Assembly (NCBI GenBank): GCA_963719225.1
Contig: CAVRAY010000001.1
Span: 832,001-896,000 of the forward strand
Origin: Thermoanaerobaculia bacterium
GTDB lineage: Bacteria > Acidobacteriota > Thermoanaerobaculia > UBA5066
DNA length: 64,000 bases
Direction: 5' to 3'
Part shown: positions 19,631 to 29,543 of the stretch, in pieces
Layout: the number at the start of each line of letters is the position of its first letter
Numbering within the stretch: the first letter of the stretch is position 1
Program-made: the position numbers and the translations under genes
The notes under the pieces: model-generated
What the model was told of the DNA's origin: nothing
The model's database searches: none
Seen by the model: only the letters and a program-made list of their open reading frames with translations

Positions 19631-21324
19631 GAAACCTCCGTCGTGGCGCGTTCGGACGCCGCCGGAACGCCGCCCTCCTCCGCGGAAGCCGCGAGGGGAA
19701 GAGAGATGGAAACCGTCGTGCCCCGTCCCGGCGTCGTATCGACGCGAATTGCTCCGCCGTGCTCCTCGACGATCCGATGGACGATCGCGAGACCGAGGCC
19801 GGTGCCGCCGGGAAAGCTGTGCGCGAAGGGCGTGAAGAGGCGGTCCCGCTCGTCGGCCGTCATTCCGTGGCCTTCGTCCGCAAACGACACGTTCCACTGG
19901 TTTCCCCGAAGGTGGGCCGAAACCGAGAGCGTCCCGCCGCCGGGCATCGCCGCGAGCGCGTTGCGCGCGACGTTCCAGAAGATCTGCCGGAGCTGACCAG
20001 GGTCCGCCTGGACCACGACCGAGGGCGGGTCGAACTCCTGCACGACGCGGTGGCGCGAGGAGATCTCGTCTCCGTGCGCGAGAAGCGTCAGCACGTCGTC
20101 GAGGGCCGCGGGCGCGTCCACCGGCTCGATGGCGCGCTCTTTCGGCCGGACGTACCTCAGGAAGTCCTCGAGGATCGAGGAGAGGCGTTGAGACTCGGCG
20201 ACGACGATCTCCATGAGCTTCTGCTCGGGCGACCCGGGCGAGGACGAGTCCTTGAGGACCTGCACCGAACCGGAGATCGAAGCGAGAGGGTTGCGGATCT
20301 CGTGCGCGATCCCGGCGGCGAGCTCACCGACGGCCGCGAGCTTGTCCTTGAGGCGCACTTCGCCCTCGAGCCGCTTGAGCTCGGTGAGATTCTGGAAGAT
20401 GAGGATGCGCCCGATCGTGTAGCCCGAGCCGTCCCTCAGGGCCGTCGCCGAGATTCCGAAGTACTCCTCACCCTCCTGCGATCGGCGGGTGTTCTCGAAG
20501 CGGAGGATCTCGGAGCCCGAAGCGGCGATTTTCTTCCAGTCCGCGTCGCCGACGAGCCCGAGTCCGAGGAGCGGGCGGCCCACGAGATCGACCGACGGCG
20601 TGCCGAGCAGCTCCTGCGCGGCGCGGTTCGCATATGTGACGCCTCCGTCGAGGTCCGTCGTGAGGACACCCGAGGACATCGACATCAGGACCGAGCCGTG
20701 AAGAGCCTGGAGCCGGGCGATCTCGGCCTTGCGGCGCTCCACGTCGGCGCGCGCCTCGCGCAGCTTGTCCGACGCGATCGAGACGAGTAGCGCCGTCGCG
20801 ACGAAAGCGGCGATGTTGAGCGCGACGTTTCCGACGAGCGTGGGAAGGCTCCAGAAGTGTCGCGTGCGCTCGCCCGTCTCGAGGGGCCCGACGACCTCGA
20901 GGTACATGAGGTCGACGAGGACGGCGTAGAAGACCGCCGCGAGCCCCGCCGTCGCGAGGCCGCCTCGCCGGCCGAGCAGGATCGATCCCGCCGTGACCGT
21001 GCTCAGGTAGAGGAATGTGAAGCCCGAATCCGGGCCTCCCGAGACGTAGACGAGGCCGGTGATGACGACGAGGTCGCCGAGGAGCTGCACGCCGGCGTTC
21101 GTTTCGGCCGGAATCCGGTCGAGCGACAGGATCGCCACGATCGAGATCGAGTAGGCGAACGCGGCCAGGTAGTAGATGAAATTGAGAGGCAGGGACGTCG
21201 AGAACGTGAACTGGATGAGGAAAGCCGAGAGGAGAAGCGTCGAGACGATGACGACGCGCAGGACGACGAACGCCCGCAGCATCGAGTGCAGCGGCTCGAA
21301 AGCCCGCATCCGCCCTGAACTCAC
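19627..21324 (-). CDS. pilS: Sensor histidine kinase, PilS-like
   Basis: Several TM helices, PAS, AHEIRNPL H-box, GTGLGL. Confidence 0.85.
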   Translation of the reverse strand: MSSGRMRAFEPLHSMLRAFVVLRVVIVSTLLLSAFLIQFTFSTSLPLNFIYYLAAFAYSISIVAILSLDRIPAETNAGVQLLGDLVVITGLVYVSGGPDSGFTFLYLSTVTAGSILLGRRGGLATAGLAAVFYAVLVDLMYLEVVGPLETGERTRHFWSLPTLVGNVALNIAAFVATALLVSIASDKLREARADVERRKAEIARLQALHGSVLMSMSSGVLTTDLDGGVTYANRAAQELLGTPSVDLVGRPLLGLGLVGDADWKKIAASGSEILRFENTRRSQEGEEYFGISATALRDGSGYTIGRILIFQNLTELKRLEGEVRLKDKLAAVGELAAGIAHEIRNPLASISGSVQVLKDSSSPGSPEQKLMEIVVAESQRLSSILEDFLRYVRPKERAIEPVDAPAALDDVLTLLAHGDEISSRHRVVQEFDPPSVVVQADPGQLRQIFWNVARNALAAMPGGGTLSVSAHLRGNQWNVSFADEGHGMTADERDRLFTPFAHSFPGGTGLGLAIVHRIVEEHGGAIRVDTTPGRGTTVSISLPLAASAEEGGVPAASERATTEVS

Positions 21325-21351
21325 CCGGAGATATTAGTTCTAATTGCTCTT

Positions 21352-22557
21352 CTAGTTGATCTTGCTGATGAGGTCGAACATCGGCATGTACATCGCGACG
21401 ACGATCGTGCCGATGACGACGCCGAGGATCGCGATCATGATGGGCTCCATGAGCTTCATGAGGCCGGCGACCGCATTGTCGACCTCTTCCTCGTAGAACT
21501 CCGCGATCTTGTTCAGCATCGCGTCGAGGGCGCCCGTCTGCTCGCCGACTCCGATCATCTGCACGACCATGGACGGGAAAACCTTCGTTTCGCCGAGCGG
21601 TTCGGCGATCGTGCGCCCGGCTTCGACGGACTTCCGGACCCCCATGATCGCGTCCTCGACGATCGCGTTTCCGGCGGTCTTGGCGGTGATCTCGAGGCCG
21701 TCGAGGATCGGTACGCCCGAAGAGGTCAGCGTGGCGAGCGTGCGGCAGAAACGCGCGACGGCGATCTTCCTCATGATGTCGCCGAGGACCGGCATCTTCA
21801 GGACGATGCCGTCGATGACGCGCCTGCCCCGGTACGTCGCGTAGTAGCGCTTCAGGAAGTAGCCGAGCGCGACAATTCCCGCGATGATGAAGAGGAGGTA
21901 GCTCGCGACGAAGTTCGAGGCCTTGATGACGAGCCGCGTGGGGAGCGGCAGCTCGGCGCCGAGAGCCGCGAAAAGCGAAGCGAACGTCGGAATGACCTTC
22001 CACAGGATGATGAAGACGACGATGGCCGCGACCGTGAGGACGGCGACGGGGTAGATGAGAGCCGTCTTGACCTGGCTCTTCAGCTTGACGGCCTTCTCGA
22101 TGTAGGTCGAGAGGCGGCGCAGGATCGTGTCGAGGATACCGCCCGCCTCGCCGGCCGCCACCATGTTCACGAAGAGGTCGTCGAACGCCTTCGGGTGCTT
22201 GCGCATCGCCTCGGCGAGCGACGAGCCCGCTTCGACGTCCTGCCGCACGGCCAGGATGATCTTCTGGAAAAGACGGCTGTCCTGCTGGCTGCCCAGGATC
22301 TCGAGGCACTGGACGAGCGGAAGACCGGCGTCGATCATGACCGAGAACTGGCGCGTGAAGATCGCGAGGCGCCGTGCGTTGACGCTGCCGCCGCCGAGCT
22401 TCGGGACGGCCAGCTCCTTGCCCTTCTCCTTGACCGTCGTGACGTCGATCTGCCGGCGCCTGAGATCGGCGATCGCGAGGTCCTTCGAGTCCGCGACGAG
22501 GACTCCACCCGTCGTGCCACCCTGCCGCGTGCGGCCTTTCCAGACGAACTGCGCCAT
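21352..22557 (-). CDS. pilC: Type IV pilus platform protein PilC
   Basis: FTRQFSVMIDAGLPL, AGEAGGILD, VGEQTGALD, EP...MYMPMF. Confidence 0.95.
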   Translation of the reverse strand: MAQFVWKGRTRQGGTTGGVLVADSKDLAIADLRRRQIDVTTVKEKGKELAVPKLGGGSVNARRLAIFTRQFSVMIDAGLPLVQCLEILGSQQDSRLFQKIILAVRQDVEAGSSLAEAMRKHPKAFDDLFVNMVAAGEAGGILDTILRRLSTYIEKAVKLKSQVKTALIYPVAVLTVAAIVVFIILWKVIPTFASLFAALGAELPLPTRLVIKASNFVASYLLFIIAGIVALGYFLKRYYATYRGRRVIDGIVLKMPVLGDIMRKIAVARFCRTLATLTSSGVPILDGLEITAKTAGNAIVEDAIMGVRKSVEAGRTIAEPLGETKVFPSMVVQMIGVGEQTGALDAMLNKIAEFYEEEVDNAVAGLMKLMEPIMIAILGVVIGTIVVAMYMPMFDLISKIN

Positions 22558-22576
22558 GGATCCTCCGAGAGCTTTT

Positions 22577-23722
22577 CTATCCGCGCCGTGTCACGTTCGC
22601 CGGCGCTCCGGGGACGGCAGCGGTGCCGCCGGCCGCCGTCGAAGTGACGACGCCCGCGCCGCGCGCGATCATCTCGGCGAGCTCGTCCGGGAGAGACGAG
22701 ACCGACATCGCGAGCTCCTGCGAGATGACGCGGCGGTGAACGAGCGTCGCGAGCGATTGGTTGAACGTCTGCATGCCGTACTTGTTCTGGCCGGTCTGCA
22801 TCATCGAGTAGATCTGGTGGAGCTTGTCCTCGCGGATGAGGTTCCGAATCGCGGGAGTCGGGATGAGGATCTCCATGGCCATGCAGCGGCCTTTTCCGGA
22901 GGCGCGGGGCAGGAGGCTTTGACAGAGGATCCCCTCGAGCACGAACGACAGCTGCGCGCGCACCTGGGGCTGCTGGTTCGCGGGAAACGCGTCGATGATG
23001 CGGTTCATCGTCTGCACGGCGCTGTTCGTGTGGAGCGTCGCGAGGGTGAGGTGGCCCGTCTCGGCGATCCTGAGCGCGCACTCCATCGTCTCGAGGTCGC
23101 GCATCTCGCCGACGAGGACGATGTCCGGGTCTTCGCGGAGGACGGCCCTCAGGGCGTTCGGAAAGGAATGCGTGTCGGCGTGCAGCTCGCGCTGGTTCAC
23201 GATGCAGCGCTTGTGCGTGTGGAGGAACTCGATCGGATCCTCGATCGTGACGATGTGCTTCGGATGCTCCCGGTTGATCTTGTCCAGCATCGTCGCCAGG
23301 GTCGTGGACTTGCCCGAGCCGGTCGGGCCCGTGACGAGGACGAGGCCGCGCGGCTTGTTGCAGAGGCCCTCGACCACGTTCGGAACGCCCAGCTCGCGGA
23401 AGCCGAGGATCTCGTACGGGATCTGCCGGAAGACCGCCGACACGGCGCCCCGCTGCAGGAAGCAGTTTCCGCGGAAACGCGCGAGTCCCTTCACGCCGAA
23501 GGACAGGTCCAGCTCGAGCTGCTCCTCGAACCGGTGCTTCTGCACGTCGGTCAGGATCGAATAGGCGAGCTGCTTCGTCTCGGGAACCGCGAGAGGCGGG
23601 TAGTCGAGAGGAATGAGATCCCCATCCACCCGGATCATCGGGGGCGAGTTCGTCGTGAGGTGAAGGTCGGATCCTCCGCGCTCGACGAGCGTCTTGAGAA
23701 GCTGATGGAGCGTAACCCCCAT
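22577..23722 (-). CDS. pilT: Type IV pilus retraction ATPase PilT
   Basis: GPTGSGKSTT, LREDPD, TGHL, AIRNLIRE signature. Confidence 0.96.
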   Translation of the reverse strand: MGVTLHQLLKTLVERGGSDLHLTTNSPPMIRVDGDLIPLDYPPLAVPETKQLAYSILTDVQKHRFEEQLELDLSFGVKGLARFRGNCFLQRGAVSAVFRQIPYEILGFRELGVPNVVEGLCNKPRGLVLVTGPTGSGKSTTLATMLDKINREHPKHIVTIEDPIEFLHTHKRCIVNQRELHADTHSFPNALRAVLREDPDIVLVGEMRDLETMECALRIAETGHLTLATLHTNSAVQTMNRIIDAFPANQQPQVRAQLSFVLEGILCQSLLPRASGKGRCMAMEILIPTPAIRNLIREDKLHQIYSMMQTGQNKYGMQTFNQSLATLVHRRVISQELAMSVSSLPDELAEMIARGAGVVTSTAAGGTAAVPGAPANVTRRG

Positions 23723-23733
23723 TTCGCTGTCCC

Positions 23734-23755
23734 TCCTGAGTACTCAGGAATCATA
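23734..23755 (-). promoter_or_regulatory. pilT -10 element plus perfect 16-bp palindrome overlapping the RBS
   Basis: Minus strand reads TATGAT-TCCTGAGTACTCAGGA-GGGACAGCGAA-ATG. Confidence 0.5.
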
Positions 23756-23797
23756 CGCGGGGGAAGCCCCGGAGGCCAGAGGGCCGTCGCAACCCCT

Positions 23798-24196
23798 TCA
23801 AACCCAGGAATGGACGGAAAGCAACCCGCTCCCGAGGATGAGGCGCAGGTCGCGATCCCGGGCCAGGACGGCACAGCCGTTCTCGTCGGCCAGGACGGCG
23901 ACCAGGCAGTCGATCGTCGAGCGCACGGTCACACCACGCCGGCGAAGCGAACGGTAGAGCTCGGCAGCCTTGAGATAGGCCGAGAGGCCGGAGGCCTCGA
24001 GGAGCGTCATCTTCCGGAAGAACTCCTCCAGCGCCTCGCGCTCGCGCCGGATCCCCTGGAAGACCTCGGCGACGACGATTCCACAGGTGCAGACGTCGTC
24101 CTCGCCCGCGAGGAGGCGGTCCACGGCGACGGCCTCCGGAGACTTCGTCCCGTTCAGGAACTCGACCCACGCCGATGTGTCGACGAGCACCCTCAC
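23798..24196 (-). CDS. VapC family PIN-domain toxin
   Basis: VLVDTSAW, EVFQG, RSTIDCLVA, DRD. Confidence 0.9.
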   Translation of the reverse strand: MRVLVDTSAWVEFLNGTKSPEAVAVDRLLAGEDDVCTCGIVVAEVFQGIRREREALEEFFRKMTLLEASGLSAYLKAAELYRSLRRRGVTVRSTIDCLVAVLADENGCAVLARDRDLRLILGSGLLSVHSWV

Positions 24197-24399
24197 GACG
24201 GCCGGGGCCGCCTCTTGCGGAGCGCGTCGAGGTCGCCCTGCCAGCCGACCTTGCCCGCGAGCTTCCGCAGGCCGCGCAGCGCGCGCCGGCGCGCGTAATC
24301 TCGTAGCGCGTCATTGATCACGGCCGTCTTCGTCTTTCCAGGGTCGGCTTCCAGCGCCGCCGCGAGCGCCTCGTCGTCGATGTTCAAGGTCGTCCGCAT
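24193..24399 (-). CDS. VapB family antitoxin (RHH type)
   Basis: MRTTLNIDD...TKTAVINDAL...WQGDLDALR; GTGA overlap with vapC. Confidence 0.88.
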   Translation of the reverse strand: MRTTLNIDDEALAAALEADPGKTKTAVINDALRDYARRRALRGLRKLAGKVGWQGDLDALRKRRPRPS

Positions 24400-24400
24400 G

Positions 24401-24424
24401 ATCTGCCTCGTGATGCAGATTCTA
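24401..24424 (-). promoter_or_regulatory. vapBC operator palindrome and -10 element
   Basis: ATCTGCCTCGTGATGCAGAT (16/20 palindromic) abutting TAGAAT on the minus strand. Confidence 0.55.
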
Positions 24425-24690
24425 CTACGACTGGATCTGTATATAGATGGTCTGGTTGCAAGCCGGCGTGAGGATAAGATCGCACCCCGTGAATAGTGAG
24501 AGATCCGGCGCCCGCCAGCTCCTCGCTAGGAGGAAGGCGTTTTCCAAGAAGAAGTTCCGTAACCTCGGGGCGAAGCTGAATAGGCTCGGCGCCTCACCAC
24601 GGTTTGATTCAGTCCCGAGCTCAGGGAAGCTGACACTGGCCCTGTGCGCTCCAGCAGTGACTGAGGCTCTACCGCGACTCGGGCCCGTGC

Positions 24691-26418
24691 TTACAGCACC
24701 GTCTCGCGGACGACTTCCTCGATCGAGGTCATGCCGTCCTTGATCTTCTGGAGGCCCGAGCGCCTGAGGGAGACCATGCCCTCCTCCAGGCCCTTCCGCT
24801 TGATCTCGATGGAGGACGCGCCGGAAAGGATGAGCTCCCGGATCTCCTCCGAGATCTCCAGCACCTCGACGAGGGCGACGCGGCCCTTGTAGCCGGTGTT
24901 GTTGCACTTCTCGCAGCCCTTGCCCTTCATGACCTGGATGGCTTTCGCGTCCTCGGCCGTGAAGCCGAGCGACACGAGGACCTGCGGGGCGACTTCCGTG
25001 GGCGCCTTGCAGGCCGCGCACACGCGCCGGATGAGGCGCTGCGCCGCGATGAGGACGACGGACGTCGCGACGAGGTACGGCTCGATCCCCATGTTCATGA
25101 GGCGGTTGATCGTGGAGGGCGCGTCGTTCGTATGAAGGGTCGACAGGACGAGGTGGCCCGTCAAGGCCGCCTTGACGGCGATCTCGGCTGTCTCGAAGTC
25201 CCGGATCTCGCCGACGAGGATGATGTTCGGGTCCTGCCTCAGGAACGACCGCAGCGCGGCCGCGAAGTTCAGCCCGATCTGGTCCTTCATCTGGACCTGG
25301 TTGATCCCCGGCAGGTTGAACTCGACGGGATCCTCGGCCGTGATGATGTTCGTCTCGGGCGTGTTGATCCGAGAGAGGGCGGAGTAGAGGGTGTTCGTCT
25401 TGCCCGAGCCCGTGGGCCCCGTCACGAGGACCATTCCCCACGGGCGCAGAATGGCCTTCTCGAACTTGAGGAGGCTGTCCTTCTCGAACCCCAGCTTCGT
25501 CATGTCGAGCATGAGGTTGTCCTTGTCGAGGAGGCGGCAGACGATCTTCTCGCCGAAGAGAGTCGGAAGGACCGAAACGCGGTAGTCGAGCTCCTTCACC
25601 TTGCCCGTGAGCTTCATCTTGATCTTGATGCGCCCGTCCTGCGGGAGGCGCTTCTCGGCGATGTCGAGCTTCGCGAGGATCTTGATACGCGAGGCGATGG
25701 CCTCCTTGAGCTTCGGAGGCGGGTTCATGACCTCGTACAGGATTCCGTCGATGCGGTAACGCACGCGGTATTCGCGCTCGTAGGGCTCGATGTGGATGTC
25801 CGAAGCCCCCCGCTTGATGGCGTCCGTGAGGATGATGTTCACGAGCCGGATGACGGGGGCTTCCTCGCCCTCGTCGACGAGCTTCTCGAGGTCGATCGTC
25901 TCTTGCTCGGACTCCTCGACGACCTCGAGGGAGGTGTCGGCAGTATCCGTGACCGACATCTCCTCCATGACCTTCTTCAGCTCGAGGGCATGGGTCGCGC
26001 CGTAATGCTTGTCGATCGCGAGCGAGAGCGCCGCCTCGGACGCCACGACAGGCTCGACGTTGTATCCCGTCATGAACTTGATGTCGTCCATGGCGAAGAC
26101 GTTCGTCGGGTCGGCCATCGCGATCGTGATCGTCGCGCCGGTCTTGTTGACGGGAAGGATGTTGTACTTGCGTGCGACATCGGCGGCGACGAGCTTGAGG
26201 ACGGCGGGGTCGATCTCGAAATGCGAGAGGTTGATCGAGGGAACGCCGAACTGGGCCGAGAGCGTCTCCGTGATGTCGTCTTCCGTGATGTAGCCGAGCT
26301 TGACGAGGGCCTCTCCGAGCTTCATCCCCGAGGACTGAACCTCCTTGAGCGCTTCCTGGAGCTGCTCGTTCGAGATGAGCTTCGACTTGACGAGGAGGTC
26401 CCCGAGCTTGACGGCCAT
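24691..26418 (-). CDS. pilB: Type IV pilus assembly ATPase PilB
   Basis: N-terminal KLGxxLV repeats, LDIAEKRLPQDGR, GPTGSGKT, LRQDPN, tetra-Cys zinc motif. Confidence 0.95.
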   Translation of the reverse strand: MAVKLGDLLVKSKLISNEQLQEALKEVQSSGMKLGEALVKLGYITEDDITETLSAQFGVPSINLSHFEIDPAVLKLVAADVARKYNILPVNKTGATITIAMADPTNVFAMDDIKFMTGYNVEPVVASEAALSLAIDKHYGATHALELKKVMEEMSVTDTADTSLEVVEESEQETIDLEKLVDEGEEAPVIRLVNIILTDAIKRGASDIHIEPYEREYRVRYRIDGILYEVMNPPPKLKEAIASRIKILAKLDIAEKRLPQDGRIKIKMKLTGKVKELDYRVSVLPTLFGEKIVCRLLDKDNLMLDMTKLGFEKDSLLKFEKAILRPWGMVLVTGPTGSGKTNTLYSALSRINTPETNIITAEDPVEFNLPGINQVQMKDQIGLNFAAALRSFLRQDPNIILVGEIRDFETAEIAVKAALTGHLVLSTLHTNDAPSTINRLMNMGIEPYLVATSVVLIAAQRLIRRVCAACKAPTEVAPQVLVSLGFTAEDAKAIQVMKGKGCEKCNNTGYKGRVALVEVLEISEEIRELILSGASSIEIKRKGLEEGMVSLRRSGLQKIKDGMTSIEEVVRETVL

Positions 26419-26435
26419 GCAGCGATTCTAGCTTT

Positions 26436-27317
26436 TCAGGGCGCGGCCGGCCGATCGCGATGTGGTTTTGCGCCGCCCACGATCTTCCGGAGGCGCGCCG
26501 TAACCGAGCCGATCGGCATCACCGTCTTGGCCATGACGGGGAGGCGCCGCTCGTCGGCCGAGAACCAGAGAAAGAGCTTTCCGCGGTTGCGGTCCTCGGC
26601 CGTCTCGTTTTCCCGGAGCTGGGGCTGCACCTTGAACGCTTCGAACGTGCCGGCCTCGGTCTCGACTCTCTCTTTCTCGAGGATCGAGGCCTTGAGCTTG
26701 TAGATTTTCCCACGCGAGAACATGTCGAGGCGGACGTCCTGACCCACGGCGAGCGGCTGCGTACGCAGGAAGTAGAAGGAGGAAATGATGTCCTGGACCC
26801 GCTCGGGCAACGGGGTCCGGTCCTCCCGCCAGCTGCCGATCCGACGCGTGAGGTCGAACTCCTCGACCTCGTCGGACTCGTAGCGCCCTTCACGCGCGTG
26901 CTTCTCGAAGCGAAGGGGCTGGAAGTCGCGCGCATCCACCCACGTCTCGTAGAGGTCGCGCACGGGGTAGAACTTCGAGACGTAGTCGTTCGAGGTGGCG
27001 ACGAGGGCGATCCGGTGAACGGGCACGCCGTCCGTCGAGGTCTCGCGCGAAGTCCTGAGCGTCATCTCGCCGCCCTCGATCTTCAGCCACGCGATCGTAT
27101 AGACGAGGGTCTCGCCGTCGCCGAAGGGCACGGGATAAAGCCGGTCCCTCGAGAGCGACTCGCGCGCCGCGGAGATCGCGGGGCTTTTCTCGACGGTCCC
27201 GGAGGCGCGGCCGCCCAGGAGGACGGCGACCGCCCAGGCGGCCGCGAGAACGGCGGCCGCGCTGCGCGCGCGCGCGGTCTTACGCGCGGAGACGGCGGGT
27301 GGCTTCATGAACGGCAT
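26436..27317 (-). CDS. DUF3108 domain-containing exported protein
   Basis: GETLVY, FYPVRD.YET, AGTFEAFKV, W...DERRLPV. Confidence 0.75.
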   Translation of the reverse strand: MPFMKPPAVSARKTARARSAAAVLAAAWAVAVLLGGRASGTVEKSPAISAARESLSRDRLYPVPFGDGETLVYTIAWLKIEGGEMTLRTSRETSTDGVPVHRIALVATSNDYVSKFYPVRDLYETWVDARDFQPLRFEKHAREGRYESDEVEEFDLTRRIGSWREDRTPLPERVQDIISSFYFLRTQPLAVGQDVRLDMFSRGKIYKLKASILEKERVETEAGTFEAFKVQPQLRENETAEDRNRGKLFLWFSADERRLPVMAKTVMPIGSVTARLRKIVGGAKPHRDRPAAP

Positions 27318-28323
27318 CGGCAGGCCATCCCGGCCTGGAACGATTGTAGTCCGCGGGAGATTCCCGGAGCGTCGCCGCCCGGGGCCCGATCGGGCCGAAG
27401 CGTTCGACGGACGTCGGGCCGAAGAGGACGAGCGTCGGCGTGCCCGACGCGGCCGCGAGGTGCGTCGGTCCCGTATCGGCGCCGACGAAAAGCGCCGCGC
27501 GCGACGCGAGTCGGGCGGTGGAGGCGGGGGTCGTGGCGGGGGCGAGGAGAAGAGGAAGACTTGAGGAAGAGGGAGAGGAAGAGAAGATTTTCTTAGAAAG
27601 GGTAAGAAGCGAATCTGCCCGGCCCTTTTCTTCCGGCCCCCAGCGGAGCACGGGCTGGATGCCTTCGGAGGAGAGCCGCTCGGAAAACGCCACGACGTCA
27701 GCCGCTGCCCATTCCTTGTTACCCTTCGAAGAAAAAGGCTGTAACACCGCGAACCTGCGCTCGCCCATCTGCTCCAGCCAGGAATCGACCGCGGGATCTT
27801 CTCTCTCGACCAGATGCTTCACGTCCGGCGTCCTCTCGAATCCCGTCTTTCCCGTCACGTGCTCGGCGAGCGCGAGCATCCGGTCGGCGACGTGCGGGCG
27901 TGAGGTGCGGTCGACGTCGATGTGCTCGTCCGTGAAAAGACAGTTGATCCGCTCGGTCGCCGTCTTCCACCCGAAGCCGACCTTGCGCGGCGCGCCCCGC
28001 GCCGCCAGCGTCACGAGCGCCGATTTGAACAGGCCCTGCGCATCGACGACGAGATCGAACGGGGTCTTTTCCCCTCTTACCCTTCTCAGAAATTCCGAAA
28101 TCCCCTCTCTCGTCTTCGTGGCGCGCCAGGCGCGCCGCCACCCGCGCGTGTCGACGGGCAGAACGTCGTCCACGTACGGTGCGCCGGTCACGAGTTGCGC
28201 CAGCGGTGGCTCGATCGCCCACGTGAGTTGCGCGCCGGAGAGAGCGGTCTCGAGCGCCTTCGCCGCGGGAAGCGCGAAGACGACGTCGCCGAAGGACGAG
28301 AGGCGCACGAAGAGGATCCGCAT
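27280..28323 (-). CDS. waaC: LPS heptosyltransferase I (GT9)
   Basis: ILFVRLSSFGDVV, DAQGLFKSA, DTGPTHLAAA, LFGPT. Confidence 0.85.
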   Translation of the reverse strand: MRILFVRLSSFGDVVFALPAAKALETALSGAQLTWAIEPPLAQLVTGAPYVDDVLPVDTRGWRRAWRATKTREGISEFLRRVRGEKTPFDLVVDAQGLFKSALVTLAARGAPRKVGFGWKTATERINCLFTDEHIDVDRTSRPHVADRMLALAEHVTGKTGFERTPDVKHLVEREDPAVDSWLEQMGERRFAVLQPFSSKGNKEWAAADVVAFSERLSSEGIQPVLRWGPEEKGRADSLLTLSKKIFSSSPSSSSLPLLLAPATTPASTARLASRAALFVGADTGPTHLAAASGTPTLVLFGPTSVERFGPIGPRAATLRESPADYNRSRPGWPADAVHEATRRLRA

Positions 28324-28366
28324 CCGGCTGGCGCAACCTTAGCAGCCGTTGGGCTATCCTTGGATC

Positions 28367-28948
28367 GTGCTCGAGTCTCCGGTGCTCGTTCTGAATCGCG
28401 GTTTCGCCGCCCTGACGCTGACGGACGTCAAGCGGACGTTCACGCTGTTCTACAAGGGGCACGTGCGCGCCGTGCTGCCCGACTACACGACCTACGCCTG
28501 GAACGAGTGGCAGGACATTCCGGTTCAGCCCGAGGACGACGTCGTCACCACTCCGAACCTCGTCATCCGGGTGCCGCGCGTGATCCAGCTTCTCTCCTGC
28601 GAGCGCTCCCCCCGCAACGAGGTGAAATTCTCGCGGCACAACATCTACATGCGCGACGGCAACCGATGCCAGTACTGCGGCAAGCGGTATTCCACGTCGG
28701 ATCTCTCGCTCGATCACGTGATTCCGCTGTCGCGCGGGGGCCCCTCCAACTGGGACAACATCGTCTGCGCCTGCCTTCCGTGCAACGTCAAGAAGGGCAA
28801 TCGCCTGCCCGAGGAGGCCGGCATGAAGCTGAGGCGCGTCCCGGGCAAGCCGCGGGGCACGCCGCTCGGCCTCCTGTCGCCGCACCGGATACACCCGACC
28901 TGGAAGAACTTCTTGGACGTGGCGTACTGGAACGTCGAGCTGAAATAG
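28367..28948 (+). CDS. HNH endonuclease (McrA-like, zinc-binding)
   Basis: VLVLN, RDGNRCQYCG, DHVIPLSRGG, WDNIVCACLPCNVKK; start 28367 (or 28349). Confidence 0.9.
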   Translation: MLESPVLVLNRGFAALTLTDVKRTFTLFYKGHVRAVLPDYTTYAWNEWQDIPVQPEDDVVTTPNLVIRVPRVIQLLSCERSPRNEVKFSRHNIYMRDGNRCQYCGKRYSTSDLSLDHVIPLSRGGPSNWDNIVCACLPCNVKKGNRLPEEAGMKLRRVPGKPRGTPLGLLSPHRIHPTWKNFLDVAYWNVELK

Positions 28949-29150
28949 GGCGCGTTTCCGGTGATGTCTGGGTTTGGGTCAGGCCGTTTTTCTTGGAAGG
29001 TGAAGAGGGCGGGACCCACGCTTCCGGGATTGCCGGTGCACGGAAAGGTGCAGACTCGCCCGGGAACGAATGTGCGGCTCGAGCGCGAATCATCCCTTAA
29101 ACCATTCTAAGAAAGCAAGTTATCGTGCTGCGAAGGCTATCGTCGTTGGG

Positions 29151-29165
29151 TGGCAGGCGGGTTGC
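29151..29165 (+). promoter_or_regulatory. Sigma-54 -24/-12 promoter
   Basis: TGGCAGGCGGGTTGC (GG-N10-GC) about 60 nt upstream of ATG 29227. Confidence 0.65.
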
Positions 29166-29226
29166 GCTATCCGTCCCGTCGGTAGCCCCCGAACCGGCCA
29201 CAGAAACAGGGGAATGGAGAAAAAAG

Positions 29227-29517
29227 ATGAAGAAGACCCTTTCCGCTCTCGTTGCTGTCGCCGTTCTTTCGCTGGGCGTTGCCTTCGCTGACGAGACGAA
29301 GGCCACGACGAAGTCCGAGGCCAAGACGACGACGAACGCCATCACGGGCGCCACGACCGAGAAGTCCTCGACAGAGGCCTCGACGGCTACGACGATGGGC
29401 AAGAAGACCGTGAAGAAGACCCACAAGAAGACCACCAAGAAGAGCGGCGCCACCAAGGAAAAGACGAAGACCGAGACGACCACGGCGACGACGCCCACCG
29501 CGCCCGCCACGAAGTAA
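29227..29517 (+). CDS. Small exported Thr/Lys-rich low-complexity protein
   Basis: GGAG RBS; signal peptide MKKTLS...AFA; followed by a terminator. Confidence 0.8.
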   Translation: MKKTLSALVAVAVLSLGVAFADETKATTKSEAKTTTNAITGATTEKSSTEASTATTMGKKTVKKTHKKTTKKSGATKEKTKTETTTATTPTAPATK

Positions 29518-29543
29518 GCTTCAAAAAAACAGCTTCGAGCTTC

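Noticed and set aside
24447-24743. 98-aa plus-strand ORF between vapB and pilB
   Set aside because: No recognisable motif, atypical codons, overlaps pilB antisense; not supportable as a CDS
28367-29226. HNH nuclease plus adjacent non-coding region as an RNA-guided (IscB/HEARO-like) system
   Set aside because: The protein is a common stand-alone McrA-like HNH with no RuvC motifs, and the downstream gap is explained by the sigma-54 promoter region
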